This document shows, piece after piece, positions 63,586-64,000 of a stretch of DNA of 64,000 nt. Below the pieces are notes generated by a model. That model saw nothing but the letters and a program-made list of their open reading frames with translations, was not told the origin of the DNA and ran no database searches. Each line of letters starts with the position of its first letter. Positions within the stretch are counted from its first letter, which is position 1. The stretch lies in assembly GCA_052389535.1 (NCBI GenBank), contig JBQTHU010000126.1, forward strand, positions 3,243-67,242. Reading direction: 5' to 3'. The DNA is from Betaproteobacteria bacterium (GTDB taxonomy: Bacteria > Pseudomonadota > Gammaproteobacteria > Burkholderiales > SG8-41). The position numbers and the translations under genes are program-made.

Positions 63586-64000
63586 ATGTCAGCCCGCTGG
63601 TGGACGATCCCACTATTAGTTGTATTCTTCGGCGTTCTGGCGGCCGCCATCTTGATCGCTTTCGCCGCCGCCGTCGTTTATCCGAGTCTTCCATCGCTGG
63701 AGACCCTTACCGATTACCGCCCCAAGATCCCGCTGCGGGTCTATAGCGCGGAAGGACATCTCATAGGCGAATTTGGCGAGGAGCGGCGCGCGGTAGTAAG
63801 AATCGATGAGGTACCCCGGCGGATGGTCGATGCCATTCTGGCGGCGGAGGACGAGCGGTTCTATCACCACGGCGGTGTGGATTATGTCGGCGTGGCGCGC
63901 GCCGCGATTTCCAACTTCATGTCGGGCGGCGTGCGCCAGGGCGCGAGCACCATCACGATGCAGGTCGCGCGAAACTTTTTTCTCTCCAAGGAGAGAACGC
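63586..64000 (+). CDS. mrcA: penicillin-binding protein 1A, N-terminal fragment (gene runs off the window end)
   Basis: My translation from the ATG at 63586 reads MSARWWTIPLLVVFFGVLAAAILIAF...EDERFYHHGGVDYVG...GASTITMQVARNFFLSKE. That is a transmembrane anchor plus glycosyltransferase-51 motifs. The gene is divergent from pilM, as in Pseudomonas. It is absent from the ORF track because it has no stop in the window. Confidence 0.88.
   Translation, partial: MSARWWTIPLLVVFFGVLAAAILIAFAAAVVYPSLPSLETLTDYRPKIPLRVYSAEGHLIGEFGEERRAVVRIDEVPRRMVDAILAAEDERFYHHGGVDYVGVARAAISNFMSGGVRQGASTITMQVARNFFLSKERT

Overview
GC-rich, origin-proximal core-chromosome segment of a proteobacterium. The gene order fits Betaproteobacteria best: rsmB-DUF4390-ntrY-ntrX, dnaA-dnaN-gyrB without recF, and argS-SPOR-dsbA. 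I call 53 protein-coding genes, two of them truncated by the window edges. I found no tRNA or rRNA genes, no CRISPR array, and no transposase, integrase or phage genes. Layout: pyk'-pgk-gap-tkt (-), ntrX-ntrY-DUF4390-rsmB-fmt-def (-), LysM-dprA-topB (+), gyrB-dnaN-dnaA (-), then divergently rpmH-rnpA-yidC-mnmE-mnmG-rsmG-parA-parB-atpIBEFHAGDC-glpD-glmU-glmS (+), then dsbA-dsbA-SPOR-argS-priA-hemE-gltD-gltB-dgt-aroB-aroK-pilQPONM (-), divergent from ponA' (+). Every ORF with credible protein-like composition is a recognisable housekeeping gene. The remaining long ORFs are antisense artefacts of high GC. I do not see a convincing novel multi-gene system and do not claim one. The points worth a second look are mostly non-coding. 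(1) The hemE-priA spacer, about 26 kb from dnaA, holds four DnaA boxes, an 86 percent A+T tract and a 10-bp inverted repeat. (2) Two parS-type sites lie exactly 90 bp apart in the mnmE-mnmG spacer. (3) The dnaA-rpmH spacer is only 186 bp with a single perfect DnaA box. (4) NtrX has a degenerate AAA+ core. (5) rnpA lacks a canonical start codon and yidD is absent from its usual slot. Start codons were chosen by eye from N-terminal conservation and Shine-Dalgarno-like sequences, so they are less certain than the gene identities.
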